A DNA stretch of 64,000 nucleotides from Candidatus Limnocylindrales bacterium (lineage in GTDB: Bacteria; Chloroflexota; Limnocylindria; Limnocylindrales; CSP1-4). The DNA lies in NCBI GenBank assembly GCA_036278755.1, contig DASUKL010000052.1, positions 22,697 through 86,696 of the forward strand, read 5' to 3'. Under the pieces are notes generated by a model. It ran no database searches and had not been told where the DNA came from. It saw only the letters and a program-made list of their open reading frames with translations. The first letter of the stretch is position 1. The number at the start of each line of letters is the position of its first letter. The translations under genes and the position numbers were made by a program. Positions 37,428 through 46,305 of this stretch are shown here, one piece after another.

Positions 37428-38230
37428 CGGGGCGCTCGGCCGGCCGCTGGCGCCCGGCGCGTCTCGGGCGGCGGCGACGGGGCTAGGGTGGCTCGGCCCA
37501 CCCCCGCCGGCACCTTGTGGAAGAGGGCCGGGTCGGCCTGCCCGGGCAGGACCCGGATCAGCGAGGCCGGCCGCAGGCCCATCGAGCTGCGGCCGCGGGG
37601 TCCCTCCAGGGTCAGCGCATCGAGGCCCACCGAGACCTCCACCACGCTGGCCTGGGCGCCGGGCACGAGGGCCTGCTCCTCGAGGTAGTGGAGCAACTCC
37701 TTGTCCTCCTCGGCCCGCTCCGTGATGCGGTAGATCGTGATGTCCTCGCCGGCCTTGACCTCGCTGAGCGGTACGCCGCGCGGCCGCGTCCGGCTGGCTT
37801 CGGCGCTGATGGGGTTGCCGTGGGGGCAGGTCGGCGGATCGCCGAGCAGCGTCGCCACCGCCGCCTCGACCCGCGGCGAGACGGCGCCCTGGAGGCGCAT
37901 GGCCTCCTCGTCGGACTCGGCCCAGCCCAGGCCCACGACCTGGGTCAGGAGCCACTCCATGAGGGAGTGCCGGCGAAAGATCGTGTCAGCCGCGGCCCGC
38001 CCCGGCTCGGTCAGCGAGAGCTCGCGGTCCTCGGAGACGCGGACCAGCCCGTCCCCAGCCAGGCGGCCGATCATCTCCGAGGCGGCCTGGGTGGAAACGC
38101 CCAGCTCCCGGGCGAGGGCCGACGTGAGGGCCGTCGCACCTCCGTCGGTGATGGCCCGCAGGGCCAGCAGATAGCCCTGGGCGGCCTCGGTCAGGTTGGG
38201 TCCAGCCTCCTCGTCGTGCCGCCGATTCAT
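37424..38230 (-). CDS. ideR: iron-dependent transcriptional repressor, DtxR/IdeR family (with SH3-like C-terminal domain)
   Basis: MNRRHDEEAGPNLTEAAQGYLLALRAI...LARELGVSTQAASEMIGRLAGDGLV (wHTH). TCPHGNPI metal site. C-terminal VKAGEDITIYRI FeoA/SH3-like. Stop overlaps the PEP-mutase ATG. Confidence 0.8.
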   Translation of the reverse strand: MNRRHDEEAGPNLTEAAQGYLLALRAITDGGATALTSALARELGVSTQAASEMIGRLAGDGLVRVSEDRELSLTEPGRAAADTIFRRHSLMEWLLTQVVGLGWAESDEEAMRLQGAVSPRVEAAVATLLGDPPTCPHGNPISAEASRTRPRGVPLSEVKAGEDITIYRITERAEEDKELLHYLEEQALVPGAQASVVEVSVGLDALTLEGPRGRSSMGLRPASLIRVLPGQADPALFHKVPAGVGRATLAPSPPPETRRAPAAGRAPR

Positions 38231-38302
38231 CGCCGCCATGGTAGCCGGCCGGCCCCCCGCAGACCATCCTCAGGCGCCCCTGAGCGCCTCGCTCAAGGGT
38301 AC

Positions 38303-38338
38303 TTGACCGCCTCTCGTCAGCGGCGCTAGGATAGCGCC
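38303..38338 (+). promoter_or_regulatory. candidate efeU promoter (TTGACC-N18-TAGGAT) overlapped by a perfect 17-bp palindrome GGCGCTA-GGA-TAGCGCC
   Basis: ttgacc at 38303-38308. Palindrome at 38322-38338 overlaps the -10-like taggat. It lies in the ideR-efeU divergent intergenic region about 100 bp upstream of efeU ATG. Confidence 0.4.
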
Positions 38339-38438
38339 AATCCCGACCCAGCAGGTCGGAATGGCCCGACCATGCAGGCCGGACGGACCAGACCCGAGAT
38401 CCGACCGGACGCCGCACCCTCAGCCCCCTGGAGGCGCC

Positions 38439-39302
38439 ATGCTCGCCACGTTCGTCATCGGCCTGCGCGAAGGCCTGGAGGCCGCCCTGATCGTGGGCAT
38501 CGTGGCCGCCTTCCTGCGCAAGCGGGGCCGCCTCGACGCCCTGCGCGCGGTCTGGATCGGGGTGGCGGCGGCCGTGGCCATCTGCGTCGCCGTGGCGGTC
38601 GGGCTGCAGGTCCTGGCGGCGGAGCTGCCGCAGGCCCAGCAGGAGGGGCTGGAGACCATCGTCGGGGCGGCGGCGGTGGTGACCGTGACCTACATGGTCC
38701 TCTGGATGCGCGGCCATGCCCGCGACCTCAAGGGCCAGCTCGAGGGCGCTACGGCCTCGGCCCTGGCGGAGGGCTCGGCCTGGGCCCTGGTGGCCATGGC
38801 CTTCCTGGCCGTCCTGCGCGAGGGCTTCGAGACCTCGGTCTTCCTCCTGGCCGCCTTCCAGGCCGCGGTAGACCCCATGCTGGCCGGCCTGGGCGCCCTC
38901 ATCGGCATCCTCGTCGCGGCGGGCCTGGGCTACGGCCTCTACCGGGGCGGCATCCGGCTCGACCTCAACCGTTTCTTCCGCCTGACCGGCGTGGTCCTCG
39001 TCCTCGTCGCTGCCGGCCTGGTGATGAGCGCCCTCCACTCGGCCCATGAGGCCGGCTGGCTCAACGTCGGCCAGCAGCAGCTGCTCGACCTGACCTGGCT
39101 CGTCCAGCCGGGGACCATCATCTCGGCCCTCATCACGGGCGTCCTGGGCATCCAGCCCCGGCCGACGGTCATCGAGGTCCTGGGCTGGCTCGTGTACCTC
39201 ATCCCGGTCGGCCTGTACGTGGCTTGGCCGCAGCCGCGCCCCGCCCCCCGTCCCGTCCCGGCCGGTCCCGAGCAGACCTCGCTGCCTGTCTCGCGCTCCT
39301 GA
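38439..39302 (+). CDS. efeU: FTR1-family ferrous iron permease
   Basis: Two RExxE motifs: GLREGLEAALIV and VLREGFETSVFL. 7 TM. Confidence 0.8.
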   Translation: MLATFVIGLREGLEAALIVGIVAAFLRKRGRLDALRAVWIGVAAAVAICVAVAVGLQVLAAELPQAQQEGLETIVGAAAVVTVTYMVLWMRGHARDLKGQLEGATASALAEGSAWALVAMAFLAVLREGFETSVFLLAAFQAAVDPMLAGLGALIGILVAAGLGYGLYRGGIRLDLNRFFRLTGVVLVLVAAGLVMSALHSAHEAGWLNVGQQQLLDLTWLVQPGTIISALITGVLGIQPRPTVIEVLGWLVYLIPVGLYVAWPQPRPAPRPVPAGPEQTSLPVSRS

Positions 39303-39337
39303 CCCCGATCGCCCCACCCACCATCGATGGAGGTCCC

Positions 39338-40540
39338 GTGCCCCGCGCTTCGACGACCCTGCCGCACCGCGCCCCCATCGGCCCCCTGAGCGCCCTCGTC
39401 GGCGCCCTGTTCCTCGCGGGTTGTAGCGGCCAGGGCGCGACCCCCGGGGACAGCGGCGGGCCGAACGGCTCGGCCGGGACGACCATCGTGGAGGTCACCC
39501 TGAGCGCCGACGGCTGCCCGCCCCAGCCGGCCTCGGTGCCGGAGGGCCCGGTCACGGTCCACATCAAGAACACCGATGCCGCTGCCGCATCGGAGGTGGA
39601 GCTCCTGCAGAACGGGGCCATCCTGGGCGAGAAGGAGAACCTCGTGCCCGGGCTGTCCGGCACGTTCTCCCTCGATCTGAAGGCCGGCCAGTACATCCTC
39701 TCCTGCCCCGGGGCCAAGACCGAGACGGCCACGTTGACCGTGGTCGCGGCCACGGCGGGCGGGGCCAGCCCGACCCCGATCTCCAGCACCCAGCTGGCGG
39801 TGGGCGCCGCCCTGGCCCGGGCCACGTCCGGCTACCAGGCCTACGTGCGCGACCAGGTCGACCAGCTGGTCACGGCCACCCAGGCCTTGGCCCAGGCCGT
39901 GGAGGCCGGTGAGGTGGCCAAGGCCAAGGAGCTCTACGGTCCGGCCCGGGTCTTCTACGAGCGGATCGAGCCGGTGGCCGAGAGCTTCGGTGATCTCGAC
40001 CCCAAGATCGACGGCCGCATCGATGACGCGGCCTCGCCGGCGGACTTCACCGGCTTCCATCGCCTCGAGCAGGCCCTCTGGATCGACGGCAGGACCGACG
40101 CCATGACGCCCATCGCCCAGGGCCTGGTGACCGACGTCCAGCAGCTCCAGACGCTGGTCAAGACGGCCTCCTACCAGCCGGCTCAGGCGGCCAACGGGGC
40201 CAGCGAGCTGCTCGACGAGGTGGCGGCCTCCAAGATCACCGGCGAGGAGGAGCGCTACTCGCACCTCGACCTGCTCGACTTCCAGGCCAACCTCGATGGC
40301 GCCCAGAAGGCCTTCGAGCTCCTGCAGCCTGCCCTGACCCTCATCGACCCCGACCTGAGCTCGACCATCAGCGCCCGATTCGCCGACGTGCAGGCCGCCC
40401 TCGCGCCGTACCAGGAAGACGGCGTCTTCGTCTCCTACACCACGCTGACGGAGGCCGACACGAAGCTGCTGGCCCAGAAGGTCGATGCCCTGGCCGAGCC
40501 GCTCTCCCACGTGGCGGCGGCGGTCGTCGGCCATGGCTGA
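39338..40540 (+). CDS. efeO: iron uptake system component EfeO (cupredoxin-like N-domain plus imelysin/M75-like domain), lipoprotein
   Basis: GTG with GGAGG SD. Lipobox FLAGCSG. Cupredoxin-like N-terminus (VHIKNTD...GQYILSCPG). Imelysin-like HxxE region (FTGFHRLEQALW). Confidence 0.8.
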   Translation: MPRASTTLPHRAPIGPLSALVGALFLAGCSGQGATPGDSGGPNGSAGTTIVEVTLSADGCPPQPASVPEGPVTVHIKNTDAAAASEVELLQNGAILGEKENLVPGLSGTFSLDLKAGQYILSCPGAKTETATLTVVAATAGGASPTPISSTQLAVGAALARATSGYQAYVRDQVDQLVTATQALAQAVEAGEVAKAKELYGPARVFYERIEPVAESFGDLDPKIDGRIDDAASPADFTGFHRLEQALWIDGRTDAMTPIAQGLVTDVQQLQTLVKTASYQPAQAANGASELLDEVAASKITGEEERYSHLDLLDFQANLDGAQKAFELLQPALTLIDPDLSSTISARFADVQAALAPYQEDGVFVSYTTLTEADTKLLAQKVDALAEPLSHVAAAVVGHG

Positions 40541-40579
40541 GCGACGCGTGACCGGCGATGGCTGAGCGCAGGCGGGTCC

Positions 40580-41860
40580 ATGCCTGAGGGCGAGCGGCCG
40601 GGCATCAGCCGGCGAGGCTTCCTGCGGGCCGGCGCGGCGCTGGGCGGGGCCGCCGTCCTGGGCGGCGCCGGCGGCTTCGCGGCCGGCCGCTCCGGCCTCG
40701 CCGTGGGCGGCAGCGGGTCGCCGCTGCCGGGGTCCGGGACGGACAACGGCCGCATCCCCTTCTACGGGGCGCATCAGGCCGGCATCGCCACCCCGGCCCA
40801 GGATCGGCTGGCTATCGCCGCCTTCGACGTCATCGCCGCCCAGCGCTCCGACCTCGTGGCCATGCTGAAGCGCTGGACCGCGGCGGCGGCCCTCATGGTC
40901 GAGGGCAAGCCGGTGGGCGACGTCATGGCCGCGCCGCTCGCCCCGCCGACCGACACGGGCGAGGCCTACGGCCTCGCGCCGGCCCGGCTGACCCTGACGG
41001 CCGGCTTCGGGCCCAGCCTGTTCGACGCTCGCTTCGGTCTGGCCGGCCTCCGGCCCGCGGCCCTCGAGGCCCTACCGTCGCTGCCGGGCGACCTGCTGGA
41101 TCCGGCCATCAGCGACGGCGACCTCGTCGTGCAGGCCTGTGCCGACGACCCCCAGGTCTGCTTCCACGCGGTGCGCAACCTGGCCCGCCTGGGCCGGGGC
41201 ACGGTCGTCATGCGCTGGTTCCAGTCGGGCTTCGGGCGGACGTCGAGCACCAGCAGCAGCCAGGAGACGCCGCGCAACCTGATGGGCTTCAAGGACGGCA
41301 CGAACAACATCGTGGCCGAGGACACCTCGGCCATGGACCGCTTCGTGTGGGTCGGCCTGGAAGCTGACCAGCCCTGGATGCGGGGCGGCACGTACCTGGT
41401 CGCGCGGCGCATCAGGATGCTCATCGAGTCCTGGGATCGCGATGGGTTCCTGGACCAGGAGCACGTCTTCGGGCGCCAGAAGCTGAGCGGCGCGCCGCTC
41501 GGCGAGACGGCCGAGCACGACCCCGTGCCGCTGACCGCCCGCGACGTCCACGGCGACCTCGTCATCCCGGCCGACGCCCATATCCGCTTGGCCGCGCCGT
41601 CGAGCAACGGCGGCCAGCGCATCCTGCGCCGTGGCTACTCCTTCACGGACGGCACCGATCCGGTCACGGGCCAGCTGGAGGCGGGGCTCTTCTTCATCTG
41701 CTTCCAGCGCGACCCCAACACCCAGTTCGTGGCCATCCAGCGCCAGCTGGGGGCCCACGACGCGCTCGATGAGTACATCAAGCACACCGGCTCCGGCCTG
41801 TTCGCCTGTCCGCCCGGGCTGGCCGCGGGGGGCTGGTGGGGCGAGGCCCTGCTGGGTTGA
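40580..41860 (+). CDS. efeB: Tat-exported Dyp-type peroxidase / deferrochelatase
   Basis: Twin-arginine signal ISRRGFLRAGAALGGAA. Dyp blocks GFKDGTNN, RRGYSF and GLFFICFQRD. Confidence 0.85.
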   Translation: MPEGERPGISRRGFLRAGAALGGAAVLGGAGGFAAGRSGLAVGGSGSPLPGSGTDNGRIPFYGAHQAGIATPAQDRLAIAAFDVIAAQRSDLVAMLKRWTAAAALMVEGKPVGDVMAAPLAPPTDTGEAYGLAPARLTLTAGFGPSLFDARFGLAGLRPAALEALPSLPGDLLDPAISDGDLVVQACADDPQVCFHAVRNLARLGRGTVVMRWFQSGFGRTSSTSSSQETPRNLMGFKDGTNNIVAEDTSAMDRFVWVGLEADQPWMRGGTYLVARRIRMLIESWDRDGFLDQEHVFGRQKLSGAPLGETAEHDPVPLTARDVHGDLVIPADAHIRLAAPSSNGGQRILRRGYSFTDGTDPVTGQLEAGLFFICFQRDPNTQFVAIQRQLGAHDALDEYIKHTGSGLFACPPGLAAGGWWGEALLG

Positions 41861-41921
41861 GCGGGCGGCTCGCTAGACTTGGCCCGGCCGCCGTGGAGCG
41901 GCCGCCTGGCGAGGAGGAAGC

Positions 41922-42890
41922 GTGGCCCGGCTGGTCGAATGCGTGCCCAACTTCAGCGAGGGGCGCCGGCCCGAGGTGATCGAGTCCCTGGCCGCGGCGG
42001 TGACCGCCGACCCCGAGGTCCAGCTCCTCGATCGGACCAGCGACGTCGACCACAACCGCAGCGTGCTCACCCTGGCCGGCCCGCCGCAGGCCGTGGCGGC
42101 GGCCATGGAGGCCGGCGTGGGCGTGGCCATCGAGCGGATCGACCTCAACGTCCACGAGGGCCAGCATCCGCGGATCGGCGCCGTCGACGTCATCCCCTTC
42201 GTGCCCCTCGGCGACTCGACCATGGACGAGTGCGTCGCCCTGGCCCGGGACTTCGGCGCTCGCATCGCGGAACGCTTCGAGCTGCCCGTCTACCTCTACG
42301 CCCGGGCCGCCCTGCGCCGCGAGCGGACGATCCTGGCCGACATCCGCAAGCCCCAGTTCGAAGGGCTGCGCGACCAGATCAGCCACCCCGGGCGCGCGCC
42401 CGACTTCGGCCCGGCCCGCATCCATCCCACGGCGGGCGCCGTGGCCGTGGGGGCCCGACCCTTCCTCATCGCCTACAACATCAACCTCGAATCGGGCGAC
42501 CTCGACCTGGCCAAGCGGATCGCCCATCGCATCCGCGAGCGATCGGGGGGCCTGCCCCGCGTGCAGGCCCTGGGCCTCTACCTGGCCGACCTCCGCTGCG
42601 CCCAGGTCTCGATGAACCTGCTCGACTTCACGGTCACGCCGATGTGGCAGGTCTGGGAGCAAGTCGGGGCCGCGGCGGCGGTCGAGGGCGTCCGCCTCCG
42701 CGAGTCGGAGCTCATCGGCCTGGCCCCCCTGGCCGCCCTGACCGACGTGGCCGACCATGTCGGCGTGCCGACCGGGGCGCCGGTCGAGGAGCGCCTGCAG
42801 GCTGCCGCGGCCCGGCTGCGGATCCGCGACTTCCGCCCCGACATGGCCCTCGAACTGCGCCTCGCTGAAGCCGCCCGCGGGCCCGCGTGA
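41922..42890 (+). CDS. ftcD: glutamate formimidoyltransferase (FtcD formiminotransferase domain only)
   Basis: MARLVECVPNFSEGRRPEVIESL...DHNRSVLTLAG...GAVDVIPFVP aligns with the N-terminal FT domain of FtcD. No cyclodeaminase domain. Confidence 0.8.
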   Translation: MARLVECVPNFSEGRRPEVIESLAAAVTADPEVQLLDRTSDVDHNRSVLTLAGPPQAVAAAMEAGVGVAIERIDLNVHEGQHPRIGAVDVIPFVPLGDSTMDECVALARDFGARIAERFELPVYLYARAALRRERTILADIRKPQFEGLRDQISHPGRAPDFGPARIHPTAGAVAVGARPFLIAYNINLESGDLDLAKRIAHRIRERSGGLPRVQALGLYLADLRCAQVSMNLLDFTVTPMWQVWEQVGAAAAVEGVRLRESELIGLAPLAALTDVADHVGVPTGAPVEERLQAAAARLRIRDFRPDMALELRLAEAARGPA

Positions 42891-42941
42891 GCGGCGCGAG
42901 CGGCTCGGCCCGGTGAGCGCGATCACGGCACGGAGGCCTGG

Positions 42942-44255
42942 GTGAGCGCAGCCGGTTCGAGCGCCCTCCTCGTCGTCGGCGCGGCCGAGGTGGTGACCAT
43001 GGCCGGCGGCCTGCGCGGGGGCGCGAGCCAGGATGAGCCGGCCATCCTGTCGGCCGATGGGCCGGCCGTGGCCATCCAGGGGCAGCGCCTGGTGGCCGTT
43101 GGCGGGGAGGAGGCCGTGCGGGCTCGGCTCGACGAGCTGGGGCTGGGAGGGCCGGGGCTGGAGGTCCTCGACGCTCGAGGCGGGACCGTCACACCGGGGC
43201 TCATCGACCCCCACACCCACTTGCTCTTCGCCGGCACGCGCGAGGCGGAGCTGCGGCTCCGGCAGCGGGGCGCCGGCTACCTCGAGATCCTGGCCGCCGG
43301 CGGCGGCATCCTCTCCACCGTCGAACGGACCCGCGCGGCGAGCGTGGACGAGTTGCTGGCGCACGGCCGCCGCTGGCTGGGAGCCATGCTGGGCCACGGC
43401 GTGACGACGGTCGAGGCCAAGTCCGGCTACGGCCTCGAACGGGCCACGGAGCTGCGGCTCCTCGAGGTCGCCGGCCAGCTCGACGCGGAAGGCCCGGTCG
43501 AGGTCGTGCCCACCTTCCTCGGGGCCCACGCTGTGCCGGCCGAGTACCGCGACGAGCCGGGCGGCGGGGCCGAGGCCTACCTGCGCTCGGTCATCGACGC
43601 GCAGCTGCCGGCCGTCGTCGAGCAGGGCCTCGCCCGCTCCTGTGACGTGTTCTGTGAGGCCGGCGTCTTCAGCCCCGACCAGTCGCGCCGGCTCCTGCTG
43701 GCGGCCCGCGAACGGGACCTGGCCGTCCGACTCCATGCCGACGAGCTGGCACCGTCGGGCGGAGCCGAGCTGGCGGCCGAGCTGGGCGCCCTGTCGGCCG
43801 ACCACTTGGCCGCGCCATCGACCGAGGGGGTGGCCGCCCTGGCTCGAGCCGCGGCCGAAGGTCGGGCGGTCGTGGCCGTCCTCCTACCCGCCACCACCCT
43901 GTTCCTCATGAAGGACGAAGGCGCGCCGGCCCGGGCCTTCGTGGAGGCTGGCGTGCCCGTGGCCCTGGGCACCGACTTCAACCCCGGCACCTCGCCCACG
44001 GCCAACCTGCCCCTGGTCCTCTCGCTGGCCGTCCTGCGCCTCCGGCTCAGCCCTTCGGAGGCCCTCGCCGCGGTAACCGTCAATGCTGCCGCGGCGCTGG
44101 GGCTGGGGGAGAGCCACGGCTCGCTCGAGCCGGGCAAGCAGGCCGACCTCGTGATCTGGGACGCGCCCTCCCACGAGCTGCTGCCCTATTGGTTGGGGGC
44201 GGACCTCGTGCGGGTGGTGGTCAAGCGGGGGCGGGTGGTGGTCGACCGCCGCTGA
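42942..44255 (+). CDS. hutI: imidazolonepropionase
   Basis: PGLIDPHTHLLFAG, GGGILSTV, TTVEAKSGYGL, RLHADELA and LGTDFNPGTS are collinear with HutI. Confidence 0.9.
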   Translation: MSAAGSSALLVVGAAEVVTMAGGLRGGASQDEPAILSADGPAVAIQGQRLVAVGGEEAVRARLDELGLGGPGLEVLDARGGTVTPGLIDPHTHLLFAGTREAELRLRQRGAGYLEILAAGGGILSTVERTRAASVDELLAHGRRWLGAMLGHGVTTVEAKSGYGLERATELRLLEVAGQLDAEGPVEVVPTFLGAHAVPAEYRDEPGGGAEAYLRSVIDAQLPAVVEQGLARSCDVFCEAGVFSPDQSRRLLLAARERDLAVRLHADELAPSGGAELAAELGALSADHLAAPSTEGVAALARAAAEGRAVVAVLLPATTLFLMKDEGAPARAFVEAGVPVALGTDFNPGTSPTANLPLVLSLAVLRLRLSPSEALAAVTVNAAAALGLGESHGSLEPGKQADLVIWDAPSHELLPYWLGADLVRVVVKRGRVVVDRR

Positions 44256-44302
44256 GGTTCGGGCTGAGCGCTGGCGGTCGGGCTCAGCGCTGGCGGTCGG
44301 GC

Positions 44303-44986
44303 TCAGCCCTTGCCGCGCGACTCCAGGATGACGACGGTCAGCTCCTGAGGCACCGAGGAGACCGAGACGGTCAGCTTGGCCTGCGGAGCAGGAGCCTGGG
44401 CCACGCCCATCTCGTGGAGGAAGCGGCCCATGGCCGCATCGCAGTCCTCGGGCCGATCGCAGACCGGCATGGCCACGACGAGGTTGACGTCGAGCTGCGA
44501 GACGACCTCCGCGGCGCGGGCCACGGTGAGGTTGCCGCCGATGGGCAGGCAGGCCACGTCGACGGTGCCCAGCTCACCCAGCGTGGCCTCGGTCAGGGCG
44601 TGGCCGATGTCACCGAGGTGGATGGCATGGAGCCCGTCGAGCTCGTAGACGAAGGCGACGTTGCGGCCGCGCTCGCTGCCTCGGGACTCGTCGCGGAAGG
44701 TGCGCACGCCCGTGACCAGGACGTCGTGGACCTCGAACTCGCCCGGACCCTCGAGGACGAAGGCCTCCTCCAGGCTCGCCGGCAGCGGGGTCCCGGCCCG
44801 GGTCAGCGCGGTGCCCTTGCGGCCCCGCGGCCCGGCCTGATCAGCATCGGCATGGCTGAAGGTGACGATATCGGCGGTCAGCCCTCGCCCGGTAGGCCCG
44901 ACGACCGAACGGAAGGCGTCGGCGGCGATGACGCCTTCGCGGCCTTTGAGGCGCAGGCAGGCCCCGCCGTACCAGGTGATCTCCAT
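44303..44986 (-). CDS. MBL-fold metallo-hydrolase (short, lactamase_B_3-like)
   Basis: MEITWYGGACLRLKG...DIVTFSHADADQAG...AIHLGDIGHAL. AGGA SD 9 nt upstream. Confidence 0.7.
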   Translation of the reverse strand: MEITWYGGACLRLKGREGVIAADAFRSVVGPTGRGLTADIVTFSHADADQAGPRGRKGTALTRAGTPLPASLEEAFVLEGPGEFEVHDVLVTGVRTFRDESRGSERGRNVAFVYELDGLHAIHLGDIGHALTEATLGELGTVDVACLPIGGNLTVARAAEVVSQLDVNLVVAMPVCDRPEDCDAAMGRFLHEMGVAQAPAPQAKLTVSVSSVPQELTVVILESRGKG

Positions 44987-45012
44987 CGCCGCATCCTAGC
45001 GAAGAAAGGGAG

Positions 45013-45042
45013 AACGGGAGGCGCCTGCCCAATCGGCGCCTC
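45013..45042 (-). terminator. strong GC hairpin (10-bp perfect stem gggaggcgcc / ggcgcctccc, 9-nt loop) followed on the minus strand by a pyrimidine/U-rich tract, about 27 nt upstream of the MBL gene start
   Basis: Seen directly in sequence. On the minus strand the hairpin is followed by guucucccuuucuucg. Could be an intrinsic terminator or a 5' leader structure. Confidence 0.35.
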
Positions 45043-45635
45043 CCGTTCGGAGGGAGGGAGAGGGAACTGGAAGCGGTGGCTTCACGGTTCCGCTGCCATC
45101 ACGTTACGCGCGCTGCGTGAAGCGACAAGCCCCGAGTCGGTGAAGATTCCGACACCTTTGAGGGGGTCCGAGCGCTGCCTCCTGCCCGGCCGTTCCTGGT
45201 CATGCTCCGGGACCGAACCGTATCGCCGTCCACCCCTGCCGGACCTCCTCCCGCTCGATGGCCGCCCGGATCGAGTGGCTCCCGAAGGGCCGGTCCTGGC
45301 CAAACACGCCGGCAGCGGCGCCTTATCTGGGTCGGACTAGGGCCGGAGCGTCCGGACGTGCCCGACCGTGGCCAGACAGGTGCAGATTCGCGGCGCTACA
45401 TCCCTACGGGTCCGGGTCCTCGCCGCCTGATCCTCCAGATCGGCCTCGATGGTGGCCATACGCGCGCTGGGCGGAGGGTCTGGCCACGGATCAGGCCCGA
45501 TCCGGCCTCGACGAGGGCTCGAGGGTGGCCACGACACCGTGGTCGTCGCGGGGCTCGGGCATAAGGATGCCGGATCGGCCCTGTTTGGCCAGGACGCGGG
45601 GCTGACCGGCGCGGATCGGGGCAGAGGAGACCGGG

Positions 45636-46295
45636 CTACGATCCCGGGTCGAGCTCGATGGGGCCGCCGATGGGGAGGCGGGCGAAGTCGGCCCCGCCCT
45701 CGCGAGCCAGCCACGCGCAGGCCCCGCGGAGACCACGCTCGTTGAGCTGCCCGTCGTGGATGGGGTGGATGTGCCGGGGCGCGACAGCGCGTGCGAAGGC
45801 GATCGCCTCGTCGGTCTTCATCCACGAACCGTGGACCGGCACGAACAGCCGGTCGACCGGCACGCCGGGTGGGACGAGGGCATCGCCGGGCACATAGACG
45901 CGCTCGTCGACGAGGTAGCTCAGGTTGGCCACGTCGGGCCGGCCCTGCCAGATGGGGGCGTGGCGGCCGCCGAAGGCACGGACGGACCAGCCGGCGGCGT
46001 CGAACCGCTCGCCGACGTGAACGGGGACCAGGCGATCGCTCTGCGGCGCACCGTCCGCGGCGGCGACGACCGTGGCCAGGGCCGCGGCCGGGCCGTAGAC
46101 CCGGAGCGCGGGCGAGGCCGCCATAGCCGCGGCCAGCGGTCCGGGATCGATGTGATCCTCGTGCTCGTGGGTGATCAGCACGGCCTGAGCCCCCGCGAGG
46201 GCCGCCGGCTCGGTCCAACAGCCGGGGTCGACGACCAGGGCGCGGCCATCCTCCTCGATGCGAGCGCAGGCATGGCCGTAGCGGACAAGGCGCAC
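45636..46295 (-). CDS. MBL-fold metallo-hydrolase
   Basis: GTG at 46295 with AGGAGG SD. VRLVRYGHACARIEEDGRALVVDPG...VLITHEHEDHIDP (HxHxDH). The longer ORF 45636..47834 is an artefact fused across argS. Confidence 0.7.
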   Translation of the reverse strand: MRLVRYGHACARIEEDGRALVVDPGCWTEPAALAGAQAVLITHEHEDHIDPGPLAAAMAASPALRVYGPAAALATVVAAADGAPQSDRLVPVHVGERFDAAGWSVRAFGGRHAPIWQGRPDVANLSYLVDERVYVPGDALVPPGVPVDRLFVPVHGSWMKTDEAIAFARAVAPRHIHPIHDGQLNERGLRGACAWLAREGGADFARLPIGGPIELDPGS

Positions 46296-46305
46296 AGCAA
46301 CCCTC

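Noticed and set aside
38939-43805. Long minus-strand ORFs (611 aa and 675 aa) opposite efeO/efeB and ftcD/hutI
   Set aside because: Antisense to genes with unambiguous family signatures. Low-complexity composition.
44987-45635. tmRNA / RNase P RNA / SRP RNA in the long intergenic region
   Set aside because: Could not find the conserved tag-peptide frame, the GGAAAGUCCGGGCUCC / ACAGAACCCGGCUUA RNase P boxes, or the GGUCCGGAAGGAAGCAGC SRP motif on either strand.
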